A stretch of 52,759 nucleotides of DNA from Vicugna vicugna (lineage: Eukaryota), in NCBI GenBank assembly GCA_013265495.1, contig MU058294.1:124001-176759 (forward strand), given 5' to 3'. Each line of letters opens with the position of its first letter. The stretch's first letter is position 1. Both the position numbers and the translations under genes were made by a program. The notes beneath the pieces were generated by a model. It was not told where the DNA came from. It saw only the letters and a list, made by a program, of their open reading frames with translations, and did not search any database. Shown one piece after another: positions 29,215-42,218 of the stretch.

Positions 29215-30297
29215 AGCATAGACAGGAGAACTATCATCTTGAATTAAAAGGAAATGAGTACAAAATTGTAAAAGATACCTCCCCCACCCCCACCCTTCTA
29301 TGGGCATGAAGCAAACTGAGAAGGCCATCCAGCAGCAGAGTCAGTTTCTTAAGGAAAAGGAAGGCTAGCTCAGAGGAGAGACTCAAGAGCCCAGAGGGTA
29401 AAACCAGGACCTTCAGAGAATTTTCCCAGGGAGCAGGACTGGTCCTAATCAAGAGATTGGTGGTATGTGTTGAAGTGGATTTCAGAACTGCCATAGACTA
29501 GTAACTGCTATGTGCATCCTGCTTCTTTAACTGAAGTGTTATTGTAGTTGTTCAATCTCTTAACCACATTTGGATGTTGAGGGGATACTGGGGAGAGGGG
29601 ACAGATTTAATACTTCTTTATAGGTCTTCAAATTGAGAGGTACTATATTTGAGGAACCATACACATAGATACTCATGCCCATCTGGATCTCATTCAGATG
29701 GCTAAATTCACTTTTAAGACAATATCACAATGAAATGAGACTTTGAGGGTGGGGGACTTGAGAGGGATAGGTGTATTTTGCATATAGGAAGCTCAGCTAC
29801 CCTGAGATTATCCTGCGGTGAGTAATACAAGATGCCAGGTGGAGTAAATGTGGAAGGAGAGTTTACTGAGCAGTTCCCATACATCCCCCAGCTATTCCAA
29901 ACATCCCAGTCCAGTTGCCAGATATATGAGTGAAGAAGCCATCTTAGAAGTGGATCTTCCAGCCTCAGCCACCCTAGCTGATAATACATACATTAGAAAC
30001 AAACTGCTTAGCCAAGCCCTTCCCCAAGCCCTTGTATTTATGATACACTGAACTGTGAGAACAATGAGGGGAGGGTATAGATCATTGGTAGAGAGTGTGT
30101 TTAGCATGCAGGAGGTCCTGGGTTCAATCCCCAGTACCTCCATTAAAAAAAATTAAATAAATAAACCTAATTACCTACCACCACCACCACCCCAAAAATA
30201 AGAAAAAAGCTTCACAGAACTATGAGAATAAAATGCTTGTTTCATGCCCCTAGGTTTTCTCAGTAATTTATTATGCAGAAATAGGTGACTGAAACAT
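29215..30297 (+). mobile_element. ERVL-MaLR (MLT1-type) internal fragment and LTR, interrupted by a SINE
   Basis: 'atgagtgaagaagccatcttagaagtggatcttccagcc', 'aataaaatgcttgtttcatgcccctaggtttt' and the terminal 'gtaatttattatgcagaaataggtgactgaaaca' match the MLT1 LTR end. Confidence 0.65.
30068..30209 (+). mobile_element. tRNA-derived SINE (camelid Vic-1-like)
   Basis: ggggagggtatagatcattggtagag...gaggtcctgggttcaatccccagtacctcc followed by an A-rich tail. Flanked by the similar direct repeats actgtgagaacaatg / actatgagaataaaatg. Confidence 0.85.
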
Positions 30298-31804
30298 CTA
30301 GCCAATATAGATACTGTGTATTGGGAAGGAAACAGTAGATTAAGAGAATATAGCCACCAAGAACATAAACGCACCTAAGTGCATGCACGTGTGTGTTTGT
30401 GTCTGTGGGTGTATTGTCAACAATTGACATGACAAGAGAAATAAAACAATTGTATTTGGAAATTCTGACATACCTCTCTGAGAAACTGATAAATCAAGCA
30501 ATTAGCAAATATCTCAACATTATGAGTAGACTTAAACTATTTAGGTATATATAAGGTACATGCTCTTCACATGACAATTCACTTTCTATTTTAACATGCA
30601 CAGAATATTAACTAAATATTTACCAAAAATAAACCAGAGGTATTTCAGAAAGAACCTTAGATTCCAAAGAATCAGTGTCATACACACTATGTCCTTTAGT
30701 CATAAGCATTAAATTATAAATTAAGTTTCTTAAAAGGATAGCTTAAATACACCCTGCATGTTTGGAAAATAAAAACAAATTCCTAAATAACCCTTAGGTT
30801 GAAAAAGAAATTAATGAATACTTGGATTTGAATGGCAGTGAATACACTACAAGTAAAACAGAATCCTGGAACAGGGTTAGAAAAATGAATGAACCTAAGC
30901 CTGGGGCAGGGAATACGCAAAATAAGACTAAAGCATCATTTTCAGAAAATGAGAACAAAGGCATGTCAAAAGGACACAAGCCAACTTAAGAGAGTTCCCA
31001 GTTGTGAAAGCAGGAGCAATCTGAACCATGAAATAAATTATAATATTGGATTCAACACCTAAAATAAATATCCCTAAGTCCATACTCATACAAATAAATG
31101 ACCAAGTAACTACATGAGGAAGAAGGAACAACTCTTCATTACAAAAGAATTCCATCTCATACATTTAGAAGGAATGAGAGAAATAGGAAATCATCACTAG
31201 TAAATGTTGCAGGCGAGACCTGCTGATAAAACTCTAAAATTAGTGGGGAAAACATTAAGAAGAAACAGGATATTTGAATAAGCTCAAAGCATCTCACCTT
31301 CTCCAAAACATTCATTCATTACTGTAGTGGTTTTAACATGTATCCAAAATTTGTTGATACTCCTCCCTCCAGGAAGAAGTTAATTCACCTTCCCTTGGGT
31401 ATAAGCTTAACTTAGTAATTCACTTAGAATAAAGAATGGAAAGGGGAAAATGGTAACTTTAGAGTGGAGAAACGTGGCAGGCATCACACCAACCAAGTGA
31501 TTAAGGTCTCCATCACCAATAATAAGATATATAATACTGTGTACTCTGGTATGGTGCAATGAGAAGGGCATTTACCCTCTGTTGTATTCTTCCAAGAAGT
31601 CCAAAACCACAATCTAATCATGAGAAACCATCAGAAAAATCCAAACTGAGGGATATTCAACAAAATATCTTCTCAGCACACTTCAGAAGTGTCAGCTGAT
31701 AGTTGATAACACAAGAGAATATTGTTTATAAAGACAAGGAAAGACTGAGAAACTATCACAGACTGCAGCTGCAGGAGACTAAGGAAATATGAAAAACAAA
31801 TGAT

Positions 31805-32175
31805 GTATTAGTTTGCTAAGGCTGCCATAACAAAGTCCCCGGACTGAGTGATTTAAACAACAGAAATTTATTTTCTCATAATTCTGGAGGCTAAAAGTCC
31901 AAGATCAAGGTGTCAGCAGATTTGGTTTCTTTTGAGGCCTCTCTCCTTGGCTTGTAGATGTCTGTCTTTTTACTGTGTCTTCACATGGTCTTCACTTTGT
32001 GTGTTCCTGTGCTCTAATTTCCTCTTAAGAGGACACAAGTCATGTTGGATTAGGGCCCATTCTCATTTTAACTTAATTACCTCTTTAAAGATCCTGTCTC
32101 AAAATACAGTCACATTCTGAGGTACTGTGGACTAAGACGTTTGCATGTGAATTTGGGGGAAAATTCAGCCTATAA
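31805..32175. mobile_element. MaLR LTR (MLT1A/B-like)
   Basis: 'tgtattagtttgctaaggctgccataacaaagt...ttaaacaacagaaatttattttctcataattctggaggctaaaagtccaagatcaaggtgtcagcag...aatacagtcacattctgaggtact'. Confidence 0.85.
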
Positions 32176-33616
32176 GATATGATATCCTATTTTGGATCCT
32201 GGAAGAGAAACAACATTAGTGGAAAAACAGGAAATCTGAATAAAATCTGTAGTTGAGTTAATAGGGTTGTACTAATATTAGTTTCTTTCTTTTTTTCTTT
32301 CTTTCCTTTTTTTTTTTTTGGTCTAATCAAAAATATGCCTTTATATTAGTTTCTTACTTTTGATAATTTTACATAAGATGTTAATGTTACAGGAAGCTGG
32401 GGGAAGGGTATGTGGGAACTTTCTGTACTATCTTTGCTAATCTTCTGAAGGTCCAAAAGTATTTCAAAATAGTTCAAATAAATTAGTTATAAAGAAACTA
32501 AATTTCTTTGAAAAGATAAATAAGGGAGACTCGAATTAAAGAGAAAATATGCATATAAACAGAAAATAGGCAAACAATACACAGAAAAACAGATACAAAG
32601 GAATGTTTATAAAACTGGTATTATGACTGATTATTCTATAACAAACATAAAGAACTAGAGGAAATCAATAAAAAGGATAAATTGATACAAAATGTAAAAG
32701 GCCAAATTTGCCCTAAGAGGGAATGTGAAATTTGAATACAACCATAAGCATAAAAAAATTTTAAATCATTCATTTCCCAGAAAAACTTCAGGCCTTCATA
32801 CATGATTTTGTACATGAATTCTAGCAAATTTTTAAGGAACAGTTCTCTTATTTTTACAAGTTCCTAAAATGAAAAAAGAACTAAAACCATCCAATTTATT
32901 TTACATGGTTTTGCTTCCAAACCACATAAGAACAATACTAAAAAAAAAAAGTAGTCGCATTTTAACTATGCATATAAATCTAAGAATCCTAATCAAAATA
33001 TCAGCTAAGCAAATATTAAAATATATTAAAATAATTACACATCATGATCCACTGGAGTATATCTGAAGAATAAAAGTATGTTTCAGTATTAGAAATATAT
33101 CAGTGAAATTCACAGCTTAGTAGGAGAAATGAGAAAAAATTATATGATTGTTTTAACCAATATAAAAATGCACTTTACAAAGTTCCAACACCTAACTTTT
33201 TTTTAATGGTAAACTAGAAATAGAAGGAAATTCTTAACTTAATAAAACCTGCCTCTATCAACCCTATACTTAAAGGAAAAACTTAAAAGATGTTCCCTTT
33301 AAATCAAAAATGTTTACTGTCACTGATGCCATTTAACACTTACTAAAAGTCACAACTAATTCTATAAGGAAAAAAGTGAGATTTAAAGATCAGAAGAGAA
33401 GCAATTAAACTGTTATTATTTGTAGATGACATGATCACTTATCTAGCAGTAAAATCAACAAATATGAGAACAATAAGAAAATTCAGCAAAGTTGTTAGAT
33501 ACCAGATAGCGTTTCTCTATACCAACAATCTCCAACAAAAAGTCAGCACTAAAAATATGCCATTTAAAATAGTAACAGAACTTATAAATTCTCTAGTAAT
33601 TAAGAGTACACATGAT

Positions 33617-33885
33617 GGGGGAGGGTATAGCTCAGTGGTAGAGTGCATGTTTAAAATGCCTGAGGTCCTTAGTTCAATCCCCAGTACTACCATTAAAATA
33701 AATAGATAAATAAATAAACAAACAAACAAACAAACCTGCTTACCTCACCCCAAAACAAAAGCAGAACAACAAAAAATGAATAAATAAAATAAAATATTTG
33801 TTTAAATACACATAGAATACACAAGGTACTGGGGGTTGAACCCAGTACCTCCATTTAAAAAATAATTTAAATAAATAATAAGTAA
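33617..33885 (+). mobile_element. tRNA-derived SINE (Vic-1-like) followed by a second partial SINE copy
   Basis: ggggagggtatagctcagtggtagagtgcatg...gttcaatccccagtactacc, an (AAAT/AAAC)n tail, then a second '...cccagtacctccatttaaaa' at 33841. Candidate TSD aagagtacacatga / aagaatacatga. Confidence 0.85.
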
Positions 33886-36789
33886 GTCAAGAATACATGA
33901 AACTTACAGAGAAATTTTGTAACTCTAATGAAGGACAAAATAGATCTGAATAAATGGAGAGACATTGTATGTTCTGAAAGGGAATAATTTTACTGTTTTA
34001 AAAATGTCAGTTCTCATCCAATGGAGCTATAAATGTAATGCAGAATCAATCAAAATTCTGAACAGGTTTTTTAGAAATTTGATAGCATACTTTAAGTAGA
34101 AAAATAAGAGTCAGCTGTGAAAAGGGGAAAGAGATAGGCTTTCCCCAAGCAAATATTGAGACATATTACCCAACCACAGCAATAAAACATTATAGTGTTG
34201 ACAGGAGAACAGACATGGGAAGTGGTTGAACAAAATAGAGAGCTCTGAGACATACATGTGCATGTAAGGCACTTATATGTAAAATAAAGGAGGATAGTGT
34301 TGGGAACCTGGCTCACTAAATATTAACTGAATCCCTACTCAATACCACGTATAAAAGCAAACTCCCAATACACAGCCTGTGAAAGGTATAACCTTAAAGA
34401 TACTGATGATACTTATATCATCAGTAGTCGATGATATAAGAGAATGTTTTTGTGGGAAGGCATTGAGAGTTCCTACATGAAACCCAAAAGCATAAACTGT
34501 AAGGCCAAATTTTGACTAAGTAAATAACATCAGAAAGTTTTAAAAATTCTGCTCAAGGGAAAATATTATGGGCAAAGTTACCTGAAAGGTGACAGACTGG
34601 GTGATACTGCAGTTCTAAAATTGACAAGGAAACAGTACCTAGAATACAACAGGATCTCTTCCAGTACAACAGAAATACAGGAATCATAACAGGAAATGGG
34701 CAAAAGCTATGAACAAGTGGTTTACAAAAAAAAGCAAACCCAACAGGCTTACAAGCACATGAAGAGATGCTTAATAAGCTCATTAGTAGCCAGAGAAATG
34801 CAAATTAAAGCAATAGTGAGATACCACTTTACAGTCATTAAACTGGCAAAAAATTAGAAAGCTGTGTAGTGCCAAGTGTTGGCAGGGATGTGAGGCCATA
34901 GGAGCCAGTACGCCATGCTGGTGTGTGTGTAGACAGATGCAGCCTGTCTTGAGAACAACCTTGCAGTACTTTGTAAAATCACATTTAGCCCTCCCTGCGA
35001 CCCAGAAATCCTGCATTTTGGTTTATCTTTCAAAGAAATTCTCATGCAGGTCCATAAAGGGGCATTTAAGCTAACCACAGCATTATTGCAATGGCAGGGT
35101 AGTGAAGACAATTTGGGTATTTATCCCTAGAACTGGACATCTTCCACACTATGCAGCATTAGAATATTACGTAGTAGTAGAGAAATGGACTAGCTGTATG
35201 AGTAGCAGCAGAAAGATTTTTAAAAGAGATTTCTATAAATAAAAAGCAGAAGCATGAGATATATAGCAATTATTTCATTAAAAGGATTTGCACACAAATA
35301 GCACATGAACAGAAAAGCATACTTCATAGTTGCTAATGGGGTGGGATCAAGAAGAGACTTTGTACAGGGGACAAAGAGCAATTTCCTTTTTGTTACCATC
35401 TAACTGTAAAATACTCTAGAATCATGTTTCAGTCATCTTTGGGTAACTTCCTCACTTGGGTCCTCTCGTCCTCAGAAAACACTGCTCAGAAAAACATTTC
35501 TCATTTAGCTCAAGCCCGTAACTACAAAAAGTACAGGAGAACCAAGAACACAGTCTGATGCCCCTCTAGAAAATCTAGAAGAATTTGACAACAGTCAGTC
35601 TTAGGGCAAGAAAAGGTTCTCCTCCCCTACACTACTTTGCAACTGACATGTCGAGAGAAGCTTGCCAAAAACTTTACATAGTGACAAATGTCTTCCATCT
35701 GTCTGGCTTCTTGTTCTTGGAAGGCTTTTTGGCAATCAAGTCACAACTTCCTTGGGAAGGTCTATATATTTTGTGTGGAGAAAATAACTCAAGTTTGATT
35801 TTAAAAAAAGAGAACCAATAAATATAAAATAAAGGAAGGTCAATCAGGAGGGACATCTGTTCTCCATCCACAAGTATACAGTCTTTCTATTTTGGGGCTC
35901 CTGAAGGTGATACTTTCAAAGTCAATTGCAACACATCTCTAAAAGTGCGCAGGTTTAGAATTCGGTAACAAATGATTATACTCCTAAAAAATATATTTTG
36001 AGCTTGCTGCTTTTGCAGAAGTCACTGACTAATGTCTCATTTTATGGTTTTCCTTCACTGGAATAATTTTGAGCTACATTCTCTTTCAATTTTAAATGAC
36101 AAGATGACAGTTTATTTCATCAAACACATCCACAGTCTTCCTCATATCACCTCTTTGAATATGACCGTTTCTAAATGGAGTGACACAACCCTTGTCAGGG
36201 AACTCAGTACAAAGCAGTCACCTATTTTGACTCATTTTATTCAAGTAACAATTCTATAAAGGAGGACGTACTTTTCTTATTTTCCAAATAAAGAAAATGA
36301 GGTTCAGTAAACTTATATAATATGTTCAAAGCCATACCTTAATTGCTAGGAAAAAAAAATAAGAAAATAAACACTGCTTTTTAAGCAAAGTTTCTAGAAG
36401 GGTTTTAGGCTCCAAGTCAGTATGTATCAAGAGTGGAAGTAGAAGATGAGGCAGACATTAAGGTGATGAATTGAAGGATTTTTTTTCTTCTAAGCAGTTA
36501 TACAAGTTGGCGTATCCTCGGCATTCAAAGATGACACTTACTCTCAAGCTAAAAACCAAGACCTATTCTGTAAAAAGACTGAAAGAAATGCCTGGAAAGA
36601 ACTAAAACTTTTAAGTTGTTATTCGTTCTCCCAGAGTAAAGGTCTAGAGTGAGCCAGAGATTGCCAACTGCCTTCTCAGGCATGCTAGAGTGAATGAAGC
36701 CTGACAGTCGGGGTAGGGGGGCACTGAGGAACTAGGCCTTTACATCTGCCACAAGCATCCTCTCCCTGTAGCTGTATACGGTAACCTAG

Positions 36790-37600
36790 CCCTTCTGACA
36801 TAAAACTAATGACTAACGAGGGTCAGATTTGAGATGAACTGGCAGCATAAAGGAGAACTGCTATGAACAAGGGAAATAACTGAACCTGAAACAAACAGCA
36901 ATAATTCAGGGAACAGAAGACAATTTCATAGATATTTTAACTAATATCCTCAAAGAGATTTGAGAAAATGAACATATAATTATGAAAAAGAAACAATCAG
37001 AGCAAGAAAGAGTTCATGGAAAGTAAAAGAGATTCCCAAATGAAAACTAATTTAATTTTTCAAAAAGGTAGGAAAAAATAAAAATAAAGATAAAAAAAAA
37101 AGAGATGGAAAATGAGAGAAAAGTTAAGACATACAGACATCAATCCAGAAAGTCGCATATCTAACTGTAGGAGTTCCAGAAAGAGAAAATGGATAGGCCA
37201 AAACAGTTTTAAGCCATCATATACGGAAATTACTGAGCGGAAAAGTCTAAAAGAGCCAATTAAGTGATGAGGTTGATAAATTTTAAAAAATCACATATAA
37301 GTGCATCATCATGAATATTCAAAACCCCAAGGAAAAAGAAAAGATCTTAAAAGTTTCCATGAGGAGAAAAGATTACCTACAAAGGTATAATAAATCAGGT
37401 TAACATTAAATTATTCACCAGCAACAGTGAATGCTAAAAACAATATAACAATATCTTTATATAATTCTGAGGGCAGAATGACTTTGAACCTATAATTCTG
37501 TATTCAGACAAATAATCAATCATGCATCAAGACAAAGACTTTTTCAGACATGAGGAGATGTAGCAACTTTACCTTACACAGAATCTTTCTAAAAAAATAT
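36790..37600 (+). mobile_element. Degenerate L1 ORF1/HAL1-like fragment
   Basis: 'ggagttccagaaagagaaaatgga', 'aaagaaaagatcttaaaagtttcc...agattacctacaaagg' and 'tttgaacctataattctgtattcagacaaataatcaatc' resemble L1 ORF1 (GVPE..., EKILKA, PRILYPAKLS). Confidence 0.6.
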
Positions 37601-39129
37601 TTGAAATTGTGATCAGGGGGTGGGAAAAAAAAAGAATTCTAGAAATAAAGAGGACCAGCATCCAACACACAATTGGATCCAAAATTTCAATAATTTGAAA
37701 ATATTTCTACAATAGTTATGCTGCTGAAGGCCTAAAGCAATTTGTACAAATTTTGAGATTCCAAGAATATCTTCAAAAAAAAAAAGTACATTTTCTTTAG
37801 CAAACAATGATTAAGAAGTTGGGTGATCTTAGAAATAAGAAAACATGGTTTCTTTTTGTTTCTTTCACATGAAAAAGAAATTAGCAACTGCATGAGGGGG
37901 AATTATGTGAAAGGTCTTGATGCAAACATGCACAAACTAAAGGTAACATGGTTCTGAGCAACGGATCTGAAAAACAGGAAAGATAATCCATTGGTCCCTG
38001 AAACCTGGAACATTCTGAAAATGGCATAGATTCAGATATTCAGATTTTAATTCTTAGAAGCAACTTACGGACAAAGGACAGAAGTGGGTTTTTTTGTTTG
38101 TTTTTTATTTTTACTGTTCTGACAGACTGTAAACATTACCATCTTTAATTATCTAAAAATAGCGGAATAGGGATAACAGGGTAAGGAAAGAAAAGTAAAG
38201 GACAGAAGACATCATTTAAAATTTATGGGTATAAAAATCAAGGTAACCAATAGAAAAATTTAAATACTATTAATAATACAGTGGTGAGAGTAGAGAAAGG
38301 AAACATGAAATATAAAGAAGCTAAATTCCACATCTGTCATATAAGAGAAGCTAATGATGATTTTATTTCCTAAAACTTATAATCCCAAGTTTCCACTGAT
38401 GATGCTCTTCATTGGAGATGCACCCCTGCCTATACTTCCTTTCCTATGGTGCAAAGTCTCCCTCCTTCAAATTCACGTCCAAACGTTTGCAGTGTCTCCT
38501 CTGACTCTTCCAGTCTCACTTCTGTATCCTGTGCCCCTAACTGGCAGTTTCTGAGCAGTCCGTGACCTGACATCTGAGCCCTCACCATAAGAGGCAACAA
38601 AGTGTGTCAGGAAATGCCAGATGCCAAGACCTGCCAGCCACCAGCCTGAGAGAGGTCCGACCTGCAGAATCCCAGGCACGCCGGTGAGGAAAACAGTGCT
38701 TTGCCCGTGAGTTTGCCCGCGGTGCCTCTGCCCTCAGTCTCCTGCTGTCTGTGCCCGGGAAGGTTTTCCCTGTACAGATCTCAGCCACGGAGCAGAAAAA
38801 GCACCCAACTGATCTATGCAAGAAATTCTAGGTTTTTAGTCTCCACTTCCCTCACCTCTCAACTGTTCCACTTTATTCATTCACATTCAAGAATGGGGCA
38901 ACTATAATTAGCTTATTCTTTGATTAAAATCTCATTAGAGAATTTGGAAAACCCAAGCTCCCAGAGCTAAGGGAGGCAATGGGCAGGAAGGAGGAAAGAA
39001 AAATGGAAAATAAAGAAAAGAAAAATACATCCACAATCTACATATCACTAAAGGCTAGGAATTCTTAAAGCACTTAACGTGTTTCTGTATTTTAACCATT
39101 TATTGAACACCTTCTGCATACTTTACTTA

Positions 39130-39780
39130 TCTTGTCAGCCCCCCTCTGGCTGCATTCTAGTAACATTGACTTCCATTCTGCTCTTAGAGCATTTGAAGCT
39201 CATTCCTATCTCAAGGGCTTTGCTCTTGCTGCTCCCTATCTCAAGGATGATTGCCTAAGCTTGTTTCTTTCTTGTCTGTCTCCTTCTCCTCCTTCATTTA
39301 ACTCAGTCAGCATTTTAAGGAAGTCTTCCCTAACTGCCGTATTTACTGCAGCCCACCTTACCGCTCAGCCATTCTTTACTATATTATCTTATTTATTTAC
39401 TTACAGCCTTCATTTCTACCAAGAATTACTATATTTTGCTTGTCATCTATGTCCCCCACTCAAAAAATCCGTGAGGACAGGGATTTTTGTCTGTCTTTTT
39501 TACTGTTATATTCTCAATACCTATACCCCTAGCCTGGCACATGTTACATACCCCATTTTTTAAAAAAGAATAACACATTCCAGACATTATGCCGAAGTCT
39601 TTACATATATAAGGTCATTTACTCTTTACATTGTGCTCTATGCCCTTTACCAATGAAGAAATTCAGCCACAGAGGGAAGTAAATAACGTGCCTAGCATTA
39701 CACAGGAAGTAAAGTGGAAGCTCATAGATTTAAATCTAGGTTTATGTCCCCAAATCCTTCTTCTTAGGCACTATTCCATA
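39130..39780. mobile_element. L2 fragment (39130-39560) followed by a MIR (39570-39780)
   Basis: L2 3' motif 'tgaggacagggatttttgtctgtc...cccctagcctggcacat'; MIR core 'ccctttaccaatgaagaaattcagccacagagggaagtaaataacgtgcctagcattacacag'. Confidence 0.6.
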
Positions 39781-41077
39781 CTTCCTGAAATATGCAGGCA
39801 ATTTCTAGAGGCAGTGAATATGAGAGGTCATGAAACGTGGTCCTTGCCCCTGAAGGACATGTAGAACTAGTTCAGGAAACAGGATGCTTACATAAAGAAA
39901 CAAATTGTAACAAGAGGCAGCTGCTCTTATGATAGTCCCTGTTTTAAAGGTGAGAAATCAAAATATAACCCAAAATAAAATGAGGGAGAAACAGCATACA
40001 GCTTAGTGGCTCACCACTCCAGTGATCTTACCTGTGATCTCCTTGCCTTCATAACCTGCTAGTCATTCTGCCTCTGCCAAGGGTCATACACGACACTGGA
40101 ATGCTTCGGGACCCAGAATGGCCTGCAGCCAAACGTTTTGGGTGACTAAAACTGAAGTTGCAAAGCATTTACAACTTTCAATTCTTACTCTTAAGATCTT
40201 GTAAAAGAAATTAATTATATGTATTTCAACCTTATCAAACACTGTTTACTTTTTCCCAAGTTTGCTTCTAGATTGTAGAGTTTTGTTTTTGATACAGACT
40301 TCTGAAACTATCCTTACATTATCTCATTCCCAGGGTCTGGAGAGGACCTAGGAGCTTACCAGCAGGCTTTTTAGGTGATCCTGATACCCAGTCAAGTTTG
40401 GGGTCAGTGAATAATGAACATAACTTAAACTTTCACTTGATGACCCAGGGTCTCTCCGTACCCGTTATTAAACTACACATTCACTACAGCCATAGCTAGT
40501 GCAGGTGATGGTCACCACTTCCCTGGGGCTCAACTTCCTCACCTATAAAAGTAAAAATAAATTGGATTACATGATCTCTAAAATCCTTTTTACCGTTAAA
40601 ATTCTAATTCTTCAAAAAGGAGCTTCCCCACGACAATACTAGAATATATTTAAAGAATGCCCCAATTGTTATTTGCCTCTTTCTCAAAAAAAAGTGGAAA
40701 GACAAATACATTTCTAAATAACTGTCAGAAGGCTGATTATGAGGGCTTTCCCTCAAAACTAATTAAGTCAATACCTAAAACAGCTTGCTCAAAAGTTTGC
40801 CTTATCCAGAAAAATAATAATCTTCATCCTTCTTTTCATGGGCCTTGGACTCATCCTTCAACATTCCCAGCATTGTCTCTCATTTCCCTGCAGTCAGCAC
40901 AGTGTACAGCAGCCCGCTCCTCATTCCTTGCCCCTGTGGCTCACATATATTACATGTTTATGGATGGCATGGGAAGAAGTAGTCATGTATCAGTTTGTGC
41001 TAAGGTAATTTGCACTGTGAAGCCTAAACATTCTTTTCCATCATGCAGTCATTGTTATTTTTAAAGATTTCTTCTGA

Positions 41078-41156
41078 CTTAGGATTCTAGACATTACTAA
41101 TGTTAAAGACTATGTCTTAGGATTCTAGACATTACTAATGTTAAAGACTATGTCTT
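41078..41156. repeat. Perfect 38-bp tandem duplication
   Basis: cttaggattctagacattactaatgttaaagactatgt at 41078-41115 and 41116-41153, followed by ctt. Confidence 0.97.
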
Positions 41157-42001
41157 TAAATATGTTAAAGCCTTAAATGATGTTTATGTAACATGTCATT
41201 TTAATTTTTTTCCTAAGAAATTCCATTTACAATACAAACTATGAACAACTTCTAGTCAAATCAATAAGGTCAAAGTGGCAAACAAAGCATCTTAAAAATA
41301 TATATTGTAATGTACTAATATTCCTTTAATGGGGTAAGCTCTGCATCAGCCTGATTATACAGCTCTGACTTCCCGAAATAAAGCTCTGAAATGCATGCAC
41401 AGTCAACCTGTTTTTATGATGATTAAACCTTTAGGAGCTTGATTCCTCACTACTTACTGAAAAGAATAATTCAGTTTCATCAGAACTATGAAAGTGCTCA
41501 GTGGGAAACAGAGCTTCATGAAAAAGTAAAACACAATTCCACAGCATCACAGATTGCTAATTGTTTTTCATCAGTTCATTCATCTCCATTTTCCCCTGTC
41601 CCCACTCTTAATTTTTCCCTCTCTCCTCTCTTTGCCCTCCAGAGATTCTTGCATACACATACACACATTTTCTTTTCAGGATGCATCCTTTAGTGGGAAA
41701 TCTTAAATATAAGATTAGCTATACAAGCAGTAAAACCATGCTTAGCAACAAATTCTGCAAGTAATTTGGCCAGATGTTCTTTTTGAGCCCTAATGATATG
41801 TAAATGTGAATTAATATTCCATTGATCTATCAAAATTTTCCACTTCTCACTCTTGTCTGACTTCATGTAAGCAGTGATCTTATGTTCCAGACAAATAGAA
41901 ATGTGATCTGGCAAACTCATACAGACACACAGAAATACATATAGAACCCTTGAAATAAGGACAGCCATAGAATAGCATTTTTATATATGTTCCCTCTACA
42001 C

Positions 42002-42218
42002 CAGCAGCTTTCAACCAGAGGCATTTTTATCCCCTAGGTGATACTTGGCAATGTTTGTAGACACTTTTGATTGTCACACTGGGCGGGGAGGTTGCTACTG
42101 GCATCTAGTGGGTGAAAGTCAGGGGTGCTGATAAACGTCTTACAATAAACAAGACATCCCCTACAACAGGGGATTATCTGGCCTCAAATTTCAGTAGTTC
42201 TGAGGTTAAGAACCCCTA
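42002..42218 (+). mobile_element. MER20 (hAT-Charlie MITE), full length
   Basis: ~217 bp with the MER20 hallmark 'ttggcaatgtttgtagacacttttgattgtcacactggg...tgctactggcatctagtgggt'. 8-bp TSD ctctacac / ctctacag. Confidence 0.88.

Larger units (their letters stand above)
30420..35330 (+). mobile_element. Old, fragmented LINE-1 (L1M/L1ME-like ORF2 with an L1MC/MD-like 3' segment) carrying nested insertions
   Basis: A-rich L1 ORF2 remnants: 32869-33066 KILKYIKIITHHD; 33431 FSKVVRYQI..AFLYTNN; 34790-34880 'gaaatgcaaattaaagcaatagtgagataccactttaca'. Subfamily calls are tentative. Confidence 0.7.

Noticed and set aside
41078..41156. CRISPR-like direct repeats
   Set aside because: There are only two adjacent copies with no spacer, in a mammalian genome.
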